NCBI RefSeq assembly: GCF_006345805.1
Contig: NC_043001.1
Span: 75,020,001-75,084,000 of the forward strand
Length of the DNA: 64,000 nucleotides
From: Octopus sinensis
Taxonomy: Eukaryota
Reading direction: 5' to 3'
Under the pieces are notes generated by a model. It ran no database searches. It saw only the letters and a list, made by a program, of their open reading frames with translations, and had not been told where the DNA came from. Shown one piece after another: positions 1-63,447 of this stretch. The first letter of the stretch is position 1, and each line of letters opens with the position of its first letter. The position numbers and the translations under genes are program-made.

Positions 1-299
1 TAATATGAACCTTTTTACAGTGTGTACTTGGTGTTTCCTTCATGCTACTGGTATTAGTAAGGTCAGCAATATATGTATTGTCATCATCATCATCATTTCA
101 CATTCATTGTCCATACTGGCATGGGTTATATACACATTCATATTATATAGGTAGTTAGGGTAAATCCCAGCTGTTTCCTCTTGAAGCACAATTGCTTATT
201 ACTTTATTACAATCAATATGTATCCATAGTTACTGTTGTATGTTAACTAAAACACCAATTAAAGTTGAGAATTGTGAAAATATTACTTGCAGAATTATT

Positions 300-998
300 A
301 TATAACAAATCAGGAAAATACTCTTTACTCTTTTACTTGTTCCAGTCATTTGACTGTGGCCATGCTGGTGCACCGCCTTTAGTCGAGCAAATCCACTCCA
401 GGACATATTCTTTGGAAGCCTAGTACTTATTCTATGGGTCTCTTTTGCTGAGCCGCTAAGTTACGGGGATGTAAACACACCACCATCGGTTGTCAAGCGA
501 TGGTGAGGGGACAAACACAGACACACAAACATATACACACACACATACATATATATATATATATGTATATATGTATGAGGCATTTATGTGTAATAATGCC
601 CTCTATACAATATATATATATACACATATATACAATGGGCTTCTTTCAGTTTCCGTCTACCAAATCCACTCAGAAGGGTTTGGTCAGCCCGAGGCTATAG
701 TAGAAGACACTTGCCCAAGGTGCCACGTTGTGGGACTGAATCCAGAACCATGTGGTTCGTAAGCAAGCTACTTATCACACAGCCAAACTTGGTATAATTT
801 ATTCTCCATTACTCATTGTTTCATTTGCTAATAGGAATTACAAAGTTTTACATGTTAGATAGACATGTAAGGAATTTCCTATCAAAATTCCTTATATGTC
901 TATCATGTAAATTTTTGTAATTCCTATTAGCAAATGAAACATGTGTAATGGCAAATAAATAATACCCAAAAAGTTTCTATTTCCTTGTTTTGTTATAC
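300..998. mobile_element. Fold-back (near-palindromic) MITE-like element interrupted by a SINE
   Basis: Ends tataacaaatcaggaaa / tttccttgttttgttata; 790-970 is an imperfect palindrome; related copy at about 3835-4532. Confidence 0.65.
319..785 (-). mobile_element. tRNA-derived SINE, family A (head GGCGCAGGAGTGGCTGTGTGG...GGTTCAGTCCC, tail (TAAAAGAG)n, internal CA/TA microsatellite)
   Basis: Pol III A/B-box-like head on minus strand; many near-identical copies in window. Confidence 0.8.
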
Positions 999-1203
999 AT
1001 ACATATACACACACTCACGCACATGCACACATGTATATATATAGTGACACATGCACACAAACACACAGATGCATGTTTACACTTGCCTAATATGCCATGC
1101 AGTAGGAGGGAACCCATAACTACATAGATGTGAAGCAAATTCATCGCCCCCCCCCCACATACTCACATGCACATGTATATTCATATCATTTTATTTTGTG
1201 TAG

Positions 1204-31525
<30,322 letters not shown>

Positions 31526-32289
31526 GCTGTAAGAACCATCCATGAGTGTTCAAGACTTTGTCTCAGTGAAACAGATACAAATACTTCCCTCTCTTTCTCT
31601 CTCTCTCCATTCATTGAACCACTCATCAAAATATCATCATCAGTATCATCATCTGGACTGTCTTATCATCCATTTTACATTTATCCATTGCTGCCTGTTC
31701 TCACCATCCACTGCTGTCATTCAGAACAACATGAAGAGAAGGCTTCTCTCTTATTTATTTATTCATTTTACTATTTTTTTTGTACTCTTCACCACTGTAT
31801 TTTTCTCATTTTATTATTTTTTTCTTTCATTCTCAAGGATTCTTATTTCACTACAGAAAGCAAAGCAAAGCAAAGCAAACAGAATTTTCAGATATTAAAA
31901 TAACAAATCTTCATCAAAATTACTAAGAACAAATGTTTTTTTTGTTGAAAAATTATTTTCACCATTTTTTTAACGTAAATTTTTGTCCATTGGAGAAAAA
32001 AAAAAAAAAAAACCAAACATTTTAATAGCTTTCAGACCAGTTTTTTTTACCTTTCTTAATTTCATTTTTAAAATTTTACAAACTGAATTTTCATATCCTT
32101 CCTCCATATAAACTGTTAAGCTTTAAATTAATCTAATCTCATTTTTTTTCAATTTTTTTTTAAGAAAGAATATTTTAGTTGTCAACCATTATAGCAAAAC
32201 TGTGTTCAATTTTTAACTGTGATAGGAATGTAAAGATATTACTTTCTATTTTTTGTAAAAGCATGTAGTTTATCAAGTTTAAATCTTGC

Positions 32290-33700
<1,411 letters not shown>

Positions 33701-34617
33701 ATTATTAAGATGTCGGAGTGGGGTAAACAATAATGAACTAATTTGCCTCCAATATTGAGTTATGTCCCTTTATATTGAATTTCACCGTCATTGATGTTAA
33801 CTTTGACTTAATTGAGGTACTCAGTGTTAATTTAATGGACTTAATCCCATCATTTAAAAGCATGTGGGTGGGTGCTAATGTATAAAACCACCCTTGTGTT
33901 GTAAACATGTCACCGTTTATCCCAGTGTATTTTGAGAGCAAATCCGTCTGAGTTTAATTTAGCATTTCTTTGTTTTATATTTGATGAAATATCCATGAAA
34001 TACTGGTGTTGATTCTACTCCAGCCATAGCACATTTGAGACTTTGTGGTGAAATATTATGGAGTAAGCAGTAAAGTTCTGGTCAATAAGCCACAGACTGG
34101 TTCTGCTTCTTAATTGAAGCCATATTGTTTCCTTTATATTGCTAGCATGATTGGGATAGTCATGAAGGCTACTACATTCAAGTACCCCATCTTTTTTCAA
34201 TCTTGTGTCTATATCAGAAGTCTTCATCATCATTCTATTTATTTATGTGCCCTTTTCAAACCTAGCCAGGCTCATGGGCCCGGTTTCTATGGCGTATGTT
34301 TCACCAAAGTCGTGTCTCGCCTTTACCTTCGAAACACGGAGTAGACGAAATGGAGGCGACTGAAGAAAGGGAATTTTCCTTGTGTTGCATGTCTTGTACC
34401 CTGTTTTTTCGTTGTTTAAAAAAATGTCCGTTTCCATGGTTCTGTTTTTATGTTTTCGTTTCTCATTGTGTTCGACGTTGTTTTTTGTATCCTGTACCCA
34501 TATATGCATGTATATATACATATAGATGTAGGTACGTACATATATGTATGTATATATGCATATGTTTTATTTATTATTTTGTTATTGTATGATGGAACGC
34601 CATGCATCCTCTTCCAA

Positions 34618-34665
<48 letters not shown>

Positions 34666-37600
34666 TTGTCCTGGGGTCGATTTGTTTGCCTAAACCTTTC
34701 ATGGTGGTGTCACTGCATGGCTGCAGTCCAGCAATTGAAACAAATGAGATTTATTATGATTAGTTTTGCTGCATTAAAAATGATAGTTACTAAACTAAAT
34801 ATTCTTTTTGTATTGAGTTTTGCAGTCAGTAGTTTGGTATTGGCCTCAGTTAAATTGATTACACACTTGCACTCACAAATTGGAGGCCTTGTGTCTGTTG
34901 GTGTACTACAGAATTGGTAATCTGTTAAATGTCTTGCTGTCGTGAGTTACGTCCCTTTATGAGCTGTCGTTCACTAGACGTTTGTACCATCTGTCAGAAA
35001 GTAGTGAATGTTTATAGTGCTGTCTACTCCTATAAGGAGTAATAGGTGTTATTCTTTTTTGGCTGGACATTCCTGCTGTGATCAGCACATCTTCCCCCAC
35101 CTTTTTATAGCGTCATCCATGACTGTGTTATCCATATGTATTTTCTCTTTGTAAAAGGGAGGGTGTGATTTGGGGACGATTTGGCTGCTATTTCTAGCAG
35201 GCCATGCAACCATTTAAGTACTTTTTCAGTCATTAGATCGCAGCTATGCAGGGGCACTGCCTTGAAGAATTTGTAGTGGAATGAATTACCCCAGTACTTT
35301 TTCTTTTAAAGCTTGATGCTTATTCTATGAATCTCTTTTTGCTGAACCGGTAAGTTATAGGGGCATAAACAAACCAAACCAGTTGTCAAGCAGTGGTGGG
35401 GGACAAAACACACACACACACACACGACGAGCTTCTTTCAGTTTCCATCTACCAAACCCACTTACAAAGTTTTGGTTGGCCCAGTCCTATAAAGGACAAC
35501 ACTTAACCAAGGTATCACTGGGACTGAACCCAGAACCATGTGGTTGGGAAGCAAGCTTCTTTCTATGCAACCATGCCTGCATCTATAGTTAACTCCAAAT
35601 CAGAATTTGCATTCAGTCCAGCATAAGGGCCAACTTTCGAAACTGATATAACTTATTATTTTAACTTTCACTTTTCTGTGCACCAGCATGGCCACAGTCT
35701 AATAATAAACGGCACCACCATTTGCCACTATTATATTGTATCAAGGCAAGAAAGCGCGCGCGCACACACACACACACGCACACATACACTTCTTTTAGTC
35801 TCTGTCTACCAAATCTACTCGCAAGACTTTGGCCAGCTCGAGGCTCTCGCAGTGGAACTGAACACAAAATTGCATGGTTGGGAAGCAAATGTCTAAACCA
35901 CACAATCATTCTTGTGTCTTCAACAACTATGAATTTTCACACACATACAGGACTTCAAATTTAGTGGGAGGAAGAGGTATAGTAGATTCTGTTGGGTTTT
36001 TGGGGCTGGTAAAACTTCATCTTAGTGACCTATGAAAAGGTGAAAAGTGAAAGCAGCCTGTATGAGATTTAAATTTGAAGCATAAATGACTGTAGCTAAA
36101 TACTGCAGATCTGTCAGCCAGTTCACTATCCTCTTACTAATATTCATTTTTAACATATACACAAGGTCTCAAATATTTAAGGGGAGGGGCTATATTCGAT
36201 TACATTGATCTTTGGTAGGGTGAAAGGCAAAGTTGTCCTCAGCAGGATTTGAACCCAGAACAAAAATCTTTGATTATATACAGCAAGGTGTTTTGTCTGC
36301 ACTGCTTTTTGTTCAGCATGCTTACAATTTGGTCAGCTCACCAAAATAATAATAATAATCCTTTCTACTATAGGCATAAGGCCTGAAATTTGTGGGAGGG
36401 AACTAATCAATTGCATTGACCCCAGTGTTTCACTGGTACTTAGTTTATTGACCCCAAAAGAATGAAAGGCAAAGTCAACCTTGGTGGAATTTGATCTCAG
36501 AACACAGGTAACAAAAATATAGTTTTAAGTTTTGGCACAAGGTCAGTAATTTGGAGAAGAGGGGCACATCAATTACATCAACACCAGCACTTGACTGGTA
36601 TTTTTATTACATTGACACTCTTACAACCAAAAAAAAAATGGAAGGTGAAGTCAGTCTCACTGGCATTTGAATGATGATAATAATATAAACAATTACTAAA
36701 ATATTAATAATACATCAGTAAAGGTTTGTACATATTTCCTTCATTTGTCATGATCTTTTACATTATTCCTGAAAAAAAAATCTTGGCTCAATTGTTTAAA
36801 TTCATCATTTCTAATTTTATTCAAAATGTTACATGAAATCTGTTGGCAAAGCTTATTGGATGACTTATTATTTAGTCTATGTTACTGTTTAGCCCTGCTT
36901 CAAGCTTGATTGAACAGACCTATAATGAAAGGTGCTCACACTGTGATCATCCTGTCTGTCCTCTTTAGTCAGTATATCTTGGACTACATCACCCAATGTG
37001 CATTTTCTTTTCTAAGACTGAAGGGTGATTTGAAGGAGATTTAGTTGCTATTTCAAGACAGTCAAACAGCTACATAGATGACTCCTTGTCAAGGAGTGAG
37101 TTTTTATTAAGATAATAGTAAAAGTCCCAAAGTTATAAACTAAAAACAGTCAGACTGGATGGTCATGTCTGTATCATTATCCTCTCTACTTCTGTAAGTC
37201 ATCTTGCACCCAGGTTGATTAGTCACTCCTTTCTTACTGGAACTTTTGAAGTGGTTCCAGCTTGAGCACATGGGGTATTTAAAGGGATGCAGGTTCTATT
37301 CCTTGTGACCCTATCCACCCTTATGAGCCTGTTGCCATATGGTCCACAACTGCTTATTTGCCAAGTGGTCCTGTTATGGATCCCACCTACTTATTTTGCA
37401 GCTACCTACATACTTGTAGCCATTATGTTGATACCCCCACTTGGGGGTGTTTACCCAGGCCCTCCTGCTTAGCAAGATGCAGTCTTATGTCATAGAATTG
37501 TTACAATCAGCTCATATTGGAACTGACTGTTACAGTTCTATGACATAAGATTCATTTGTGCTCTTTGGATATATTGTATCTGTGCCTCCTAATCTTAGGG

Positions 37601-38771
37601 TTGCGGGAGTACTGTCACCGTTAGTATTTCATGTAGTGGTTTCAAAGGAGCGGCTTCTAATTTCCTTTTCTTAGATTAGGTGGTTGGTACAGAATATGTC
37701 TTAACAGCGCTCCCACTGCTTATAGTTGTTGAGAGAACTTTCTTGTAATGCCTATTCTTTCTCAAAGTGTGTCAGTCCATTGCGAGTTTTGTGTAAAACT
37801 ATAGTGAGTGAGTAGTTGATGAATGCTATTTTAAGAACTTTGATTCTGGTTATCATCATCATCACCATTTTAACATCCACTGTTCCATGCTTGTATGGGT
37901 CAGACAGATTTTCTACAGCTGGATGCTCTTCTAGTTGTCCACAAACAATATAATGTTTCCTCATGTTTTATTTTTCACTGTGAAGATTTTGGTGTGGAGA
38001 CAATAACAGCAAAACGTTCTTGTATCCTTTCTAAGTTTAGTTTCAGAGAGTAGTGATACAGCTTATTTTTCCATCTCTTTGTTGGTTAATGGCTTTTATC
38101 TTTGAGCTTCTCCAGTTGCTGGTATTACATTACAGGGTGTAAGGTGGTGAGCTGGGCAAAAGGCTTAGTGGCATTTTGTTTGTATTTGCTGAGTTCAAAT
38201 TGCACCGAAGTCAACTTTACCTTTCATCCCTTCAAAGATTGATAAAATAACTACCAGTTGAGTACCAGTACTCAACTTACCCCTCCTCCTAAATTGCTGG
38301 CCTTGTGCCAAAATTTGAAACGAATATTACATTATGGGGTTTTATTGAGAACTAAATTTTGGTGTGTTTTTTTTTCTTTTTTTTTATACTGTTATTAGTC
38401 CATGTCATGCCTGACCAAGAAAACCCATAAATCTTCCTACATTGACCCAAAAACTTGTCTTCAATCCACCAATGCAACTAATCAACTTTAAAATTCTTAA
38501 TTGAATCAAAAGAATAAAATTTTAATAGTATTTATTTTTAAAATTTCATCTCATCTATGTATTGAACACTTTTTTACTCTGTAGTAAAATTAAAATATTT
38601 CCATTTTTTTTTGTTTTTGAAATTATAATTTTAACATTTCTCTCTTTATTTTTGAAAGTATGAATCTATTTGAACGTCAAAGAGCATTTGAAAGGGTTTA
38701 TTTGTATAATTGTTATAATTGGTGTATTTGACTGCACTAAACTCATTTGTTTGAATGAAATGTTTTTATGA

Positions 38772-38777
38772 AATAAA
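38772..38777 (+). terminator. Candidate distal polyadenylation signal of Nup210
   Basis: AATAAA with upstream TGTA (38703) and downstream T-rich tract in unique AT-rich sequence; second AATAAA at 38513. Confidence 0.3.
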
Positions 38778-40240
38778 AATCTGGCCACCTTCACACAAAA
38801 GTCACTACCTGTTCATTTTCAGTTTACTTTTGAGGTATTTGAAAGTTGGCCATCATAAATGGACCTCTTAATTATCTAGCTAAATTATCATGTGTGATAG
38901 CTATCACCATCATCGTTTTTGTTTTAACGGCCACTTTTCTATGCTTGCATAAATTGGATGGAGTTTATTAAGGCAGATTTCCTATGATCAGAGGCTCTGC
39001 TTGCTGCCAACCCTCACTTGTTTTCAAGCAAGATAATAATATTTCCCTATATACAGATATGTTTTCACAGTGACATTCACTTATATGATGTCAAGACAAG
39101 GAATGACATGCACACACATGCCCTCCCTCCACACATGATGTCTCTTTAGAATCTAAAGAAACAGAATACTCAAAGTTGGAATGTTGTTGATCTTAAGTTT
39201 TATCAATAAAAGGCAAACCTGAGGCTCTCATCATAATCATCATCCATCATTATCGTCCTCATTTTAACGTTCCTTTTCCCATGCTCACATGGGTTGGATG
39301 GAATCTATTGAGGCTGATTTTCCATACAGAGACATTTTTTCACTAAATATTGGAAATGTTACCGCTTGTACAATGGTGACATGTTTACAACTCTCACGTG
39401 ATGTCAGGGTAGTGGGAGAAATGCACAAACATGCATGTGTGTGTTTGTGTATGTATGTATATATATATATATCTTGTTTCAGTCATTTGTGGCTATGCTA
39501 GGCCATTGCCTTGAAGGGTTTTAGTGGAAAAAAATCAGCCTCATGGTTTATTTTTTGAAGCCTAATACTAATTATATTGGTCTTTTTTGCCGAACTGCTA
39601 AGTTACCAGGATGTGATCGCACCACTACCATTTGTCAATCGTTGGTGACGCACACGTCTATATATGACGAGCTTCTTTCAGTTTCCGTCTACCAAATCTA
39701 CTCACAAAAGCCTTGGTTGTCCCGAGGCCATAGTAGAAGACACTTGCCCAAGGTGCCACGCAGTGGGACTGAACACAGAACCACGTGGTTGGGAAGGAAG
39801 CGTCTTATATCCAACCTATCCTGCCTTTTCTTTTTAATCTTGTATCATCACTGACCAACTTGATTGATGTCAGTGATACAAACTTTAGCATTTGATTAAG
39901 CACCTGCTATTTATTTTTCTAAATCGAAATCATGCTGAGATCAATAAAATAACTACCAGGGGCCGATTTGATTGACTACAGATTTATGACCATATGTCAA
40001 TGTGAGGCCACTGGTTAATTTGTTCTGATGGTTATCTTTTTTTTTAATTTGCCTTTAAAAACCATATAAAATGAGCTATGGTAGAGCCTGCCCTGATCCT
40101 TCGCAAAACTATTGGGTGCATTCTTGCTTCTCAACCACATGGCTCCGGGTTCAGTCACATTGTGTGGTGCCCCTACTATAGCATCGGGCTAACCAAAGCC
40201 TTGTGAGTAGATTTGGTAGACGGAAACTAAATGAAGCCCG

Positions 40241-40279
<39 letters not shown>

Positions 40280-40573
40280 TGTCTTTGTGTCAGTGTTTGC
40301 TCACTTTTATTGACAACCGGTGTTGGTGTACTTACATCCTGCGTAATTAGCGGTTCCTCAAAAGATATCGATAGAATAAATACTTGGCTTAACAAGTCGA
40401 TTTGTTCAGCCAAAACCCTTCAAGGTAGTGCTCAAGCATGGTCACAGTCAAATGACTGAAACAAAACAAAAGATAATGCTATATATACATGCATTATACA
40501 CGCATATTCGTGCGCACGCACACTCATACAAACCCATATACATATATATGTATATAGGCATATATATTAAATA

Positions 40574-41510
40574 TACAAGGGCTAGCTGAAAAGTTTATAG
40601 GTTTATTATGAAGGAGTGATGCTAGGGCTGTGAAGTCTTGCATGCATTAATTTCAACTCTGTTGATAATTCCACTGTTTCTTTCCCTGTAAACTGACTGT
40701 TCAAAGAACATTTCAAAAGTAACTAGCTTCTAGTCTTGAAAATAGACAAAATTTGGCATTGCGGTGTTATCAAGTACCTGCAGGAGAAAAGCTTTAGTCC
40801 CCCCCCCCCAAGAACATCCATGCTGACATGGTCGCTACATTAGGAGATGATGCTCCAGCTTTATAAACAGTGCAAAAGTGGGCAGTTGAATTTAGGAGAA
40901 GGGAGAGTCTTGAATAACTCCCAAGGTCCGGACGGCCTGCAGCTGCCACCACCAAGGAAAACATTGATCGTTATCACCACCTGCAGGTGGATGGCAGACA
41001 ATTGACTAGAAATCAAATAGTTAATGTTATTAACATATCCTGTGAGAAAGTTCAGAATATTCTGGAGAATGTACTTGGCATGACGATTGTTTCTGCTCGG
41101 TGGGTGCCACGTTTTCAGATACCTGATCAAAAGCGCATATGGTAAGAAAATCTGATACTGTTTGAGGCAGGTCCAGCTGGTTTCCTGACCGAGAGACAAA
41201 GAGACAATCCATGCAGTGGAAACACTCCTCCTAACCTTCTCCAAAGAAGGTCAAGGTCATTTCCTTTGCAGGGAAGGTGATAGCCTCAATTTTTTGAGAT
41301 GCAAAATGCATTGTGTTTATTGACTATCTTCAAAAGGGCCTGAAACAGTTATAAGAGGATGAAAGTTTGTTCACCAATGGAATCCAAGCACTGCAACACT
41401 GATGAAATAAGTGTATGGATCTTAAGGAGGACTATGCTGAAAAATAATCCTCATTTGGTTACATTCCATGAAAGTATCTTGGTGAGCCTGGAACTTTTCA
41501 GCTGACTCCC
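40574..41510 (+). mobile_element. Internally deleted, decayed mariner transposon
   Basis: TIRs TACAAGGGCTAGCTGAAAAGTT / AACTTTTCAGCTGACTCCC; broken transposase IHADMVATLGDDAPA, VQKWAVEFRR, PRSGRP, SARWVPR, ETKRQSMQWKH, AGKVIASIF*DAK..FIDYLQKG. Confidence 0.88.
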
Positions 41511-41995
41511 ACCCCACGAACATGTATATATACCGATTATATACGCATGCACATACATTATAACTGGGACTCCGTCGGTTACAACGAAGAGAATTCCAGT
41601 CGATCCGATCAACGGAGCAATCGGTTCGTGAAATTAACGTGCAAGTGGCTGAGCACTCCACAGACGCGCTTACCCTTAATGTAGTTCTCAGGGAGATTCA
41701 GCGTGGTGCAGAATGTGACAAGGCTGACTGACCCTTTGAAATACAGGTACTACTCATTTTTGCCAGCTGAGTGTACTGGAGCAAAGTGAAATAAAGTATC
41801 TTGCTCAAGAGTACAATGTGTTGCCGAGAATTGAACTCACAACCTTACGATCGTGAGCAGAATATCCTAACCACTGAGCCACACACCTTTGTATATATGC
41901 ATATATATATGTATATATATATATGTATATATGTATATATATATATATATATATTTAAAAAAGGAGATGTGGAACACGAGTTGTGATATATAAAA

Positions 41996-42172
41996 AAAGG
42001 AAATGAAGAAAATGCTGACAAAATAATTTAAGTAAGGGAGAGTGTATTTAATTAGGTGAAAGTTCTTTTTACCGGTTGCGCATTTGTTATGCGCAACCGG
42101 TAAAAAGAACTTTCACCTAATTAAATACACTCTCCCTTACTTAAATTATTTTGTCAGCATTTTCTTCATTTC

Positions 42173-42176
<4 letters not shown>
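41996..42176. repeat. Perfect inverted repeat, 88-bp arms, 5-nt loop
   Basis: 41996-42083 is the exact reverse complement of 42089-42176 as read by eye. Confidence 0.9.
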
Positions 42177-42206
<30 letters not shown>

Positions 42207-42905
42207 TATGTGTGTGTTGTCTCCTTATCTCGAATTCATGCACTCGTTTATAAACAAACGTCACTATCGTACAGAGTCCGTTGTTTCCAGTCTACCGAGA
42301 AAACAGGTTCAGCCATAAGGAAATATTACATTAGTGGGAAATAGGCATTGGCTGGGATAGGAAAGAGATCTGGTCTTAAGAAATTCCGTCTGGTCCATGC
42401 GAGCATTTAAAAATGGCCATTTGACCGGTGAAGATACCTGAATGAGATAAGTAGGTAAAAAAGAAAACAAGTATGTAAAATGTACTTCCCTGTTTTGCAT
42501 ATCTCTATCAAATATAAGACTTAGGAAACTAAAAAGATTCCCATCTCTCTATGTGGTTGCTCCTCTTGCTAGAAATAGCTGTAAAGATTCCTTCAAATTG
42601 TACCTTATCATCAAAAAGTTAAGTAGACTTATGTATTTAGCTTAGTGGTTCTCAACTGTTTTTAATATTCGGACCACATCCAAAACTTGGATTTTCGAGT
42701 GAAGTGGTGGAGCTGCACCCAAAAATGTAAAGCGTAAGTCAATTAAAGAAAAAAATTATATTCAATGGTGCAGGCGTACCTGTGTGGTAAGAAGCTTGCT
42801 TCCGAACCACATTCAATTCCTGAGCTTCTGCTAATACATTACATGTACCACGTCCTCGCGTTGTTGCTTTTTTGTGTTTGTACTTTTTGGAATTTATTAT
42901 TATAC

Positions 42906-42936
<31 letters not shown>

Positions 42937-42974
42937 TTACATGTATATAAATAATATATGTATATATAAGGATA

Positions 42975-43009
<35 letters not shown>

Positions 43010-45173
43010 ATATATATATAAAATTCATATATATATATATATATATAAAATTCATATATATATATTATATATATATATTCACTCATGAATGACCATGGGA
43101 TTACACCAAGAAAGTTCCTCTCCGTGGCACAAGTTTGGGCAAGGTTGTTTATGGATGACCAGCAGTCGCCCACGCATACCAGCCTCCCTTCTCCACGCCA
43201 CCGTTGTTATCCAAGGGCCGATACAGCTTGGCACCAGTGACGTCGCAACTCATTTCTACCGCTGAGCAAACTGTAGCAACGTGAAATAAAGTGTCTTGCT
43301 CAAGAACACCACACACAACCCGGTCTGGGAATCGAACTCACTACTTTATGGTTGAGATCGGAGGCGCTAACCACTGAGCCATGGGAGGAAATGTGAAGTG
43401 GAGAAGATGTGACGTTTCCCTAGCTGTGCTTCTGTACATAATATTAGAAAAAGAAAAATACTGGATTATCGCAGCTGCAATGTCTTTGATGGTAGGTTTG
43501 GAGTTTCTGAAGAACAACGCTGTATATTTGGAAATACATCTCCGCCTCCCTAAGATTTAATTAACCGTCAGGCTCCCTACTAACTTGCTAATATTCATAC
43601 TGAAGAACTGTCAAACCTCCTCCTCATCATCACTAATCTCATCACCTCTACCATCATTATCTTCATTATTAGTATCACCACGACTGTAGTCATCATTAAT
43701 AACACCACAGTCACCACCACCATCATCCATATCACGTCTACCATCACCTTCATTAATATCACCAAAATCTATTTCTGCTACCGCCGTCCCCGTAGTCCAT
43801 TCCTTCACCATGTGTCAGGAGCTAAAAGGAAATGCTAATTTTTTTATTAACTGCAATAAATTAAATTAAGATGAAAAGATTATTAATACATTACTAATAC
43901 AGGCAATCGATTGGCATTCTGTAGGATGAAAGGCAAAGTCGACCTCGGCGGAATTTGAACTCAAAAGTAACGACAGACGAAATGCCATTAGGTGTTTTGT
44001 CCAGCGTGCTAACATTTCTGCTAACTCACCACTTTCCTGGTGGCACATATTGCTAAGTGTAAGTAGATTAAAGAAAGTTGGAGAAAAGATAACGCCATAC
44101 ACATACATACACTATTATACACGAACACCAACTCAAACTCGCGCATGCACACTCACTCACTCATAAATATACATACGCACATCTTATAATAATTCTTATT
44201 TCTTTATTGCCCACAAGGGGCTAAACAGAGAGGGGACAAACAAGGACAGACAAACGGATTAAGTCGATTACATCGATCCCAGTGCTAACATTTCTGCCTG
44301 CTGGCCGCCTAGTTATAATTCTTATAATAATTCTACTTGTCACTCCGTTACTTAGCTCGTCCGTAACGCTGCCACGTGATTAGTTGAAAAGGAGGGAGGG
44401 GAGGAATGAGAGAGGTGTGGTGAGCAAGGGTGGGGGTGGGGAGGTGGTGGTGAGTGAAATGTACAATTTTTGTTTTTGAACTAAGTTTTTTCTCCGTTCT
44501 TTACCCCGTTTGTAACGCTTTCACGTGATGAGTTGAAAGGAAAGGCGAAGAGCAAAAGAAAAAAGGAGAGAGAAAAAGAGGGTAAGGCGAAGAGTCAGAG
44601 AGAAAGAGTGAGAGTGTTGTATATTAAGGCTATAACATTTTGCTTAAAGTATACAAAGTGTATATACAAAATGCATTAAGTAATCATCATATTCCAATTT
44701 CCTTCACTTTTCAATGATTAGTAGATAAGACATTATCTTTTGATACAGACACAACACAGGCTATGCTTTCAGGTCTTTTGTATAAAGTTTTCAGAGATAA
44801 TACAATAAGTTTACCATTAACTCCGTGAAATATTCACGAGTCCCACTACTTAACATTGATACTTATACTCACGCATACATACACATACACTCACACACTA
44901 TCCATTTCTCTCTCCTCTCTGTCTGTCTGTCTATCTGTCTCTCTTTCACACACACACTTCCCCAGGTAAGAAATACAAGTAATTTATCACTAGCTATATT
45001 TATTATCATTAAGTATTTTTGGTTCTTATATAATGAGATCTTAAAAGAAAATATTCTGTATGAAGTTGAGGATTTCATTTTACAAATCATTAACATATGT
45101 TTGTGTGATCAAATCCATATATTCTTGTAAATATTTGCTCCGGCTTTCGTCTTCTGTACAAGTATTGGTGTTA

Positions 45174-63207
<18,034 letters not shown>

Positions 63208-63406
63208 CTGCAGTGGAAAGGAAAGAGAAAGAAAAATACATAGAATATAATACAAAATGCAATAACGAAGATAAATATCTTTCACATGAGGAAAAAATTA
63301 TGTTCAATTAGTGTTAATTTGCTTAATGCAGCGAATATCGAAAATCCAATTAGAAATAGTTATGCGGTGAAGAAAAAGTATCATAGCTCAGTCACTTATT
63401 ACCATT

Positions 63407-63447
<41 letters not shown>

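Noticed and set aside
31542-31903. 118-aa hydrophobic ORF right after the Nup210 stop
   Set aside because: T-rich low-complexity 3' UTR sequence with no recognisable domain
34243-34920. Overlapping ORFs up to 156 aa
   Set aside because: Built from repeat fragments and (TA)n; no coherent protein
37560-37850. Possible decayed LINE RT fragment on minus strand (LKIAFINYS)
   Set aside because: Too degenerate to support without a search
43611-43811. Acidic Asp/Gly-rich ORF as a further SRCR exon
   Set aside because: Reverse of a degenerate (CAT/CAC)n tract; no convincing splice context
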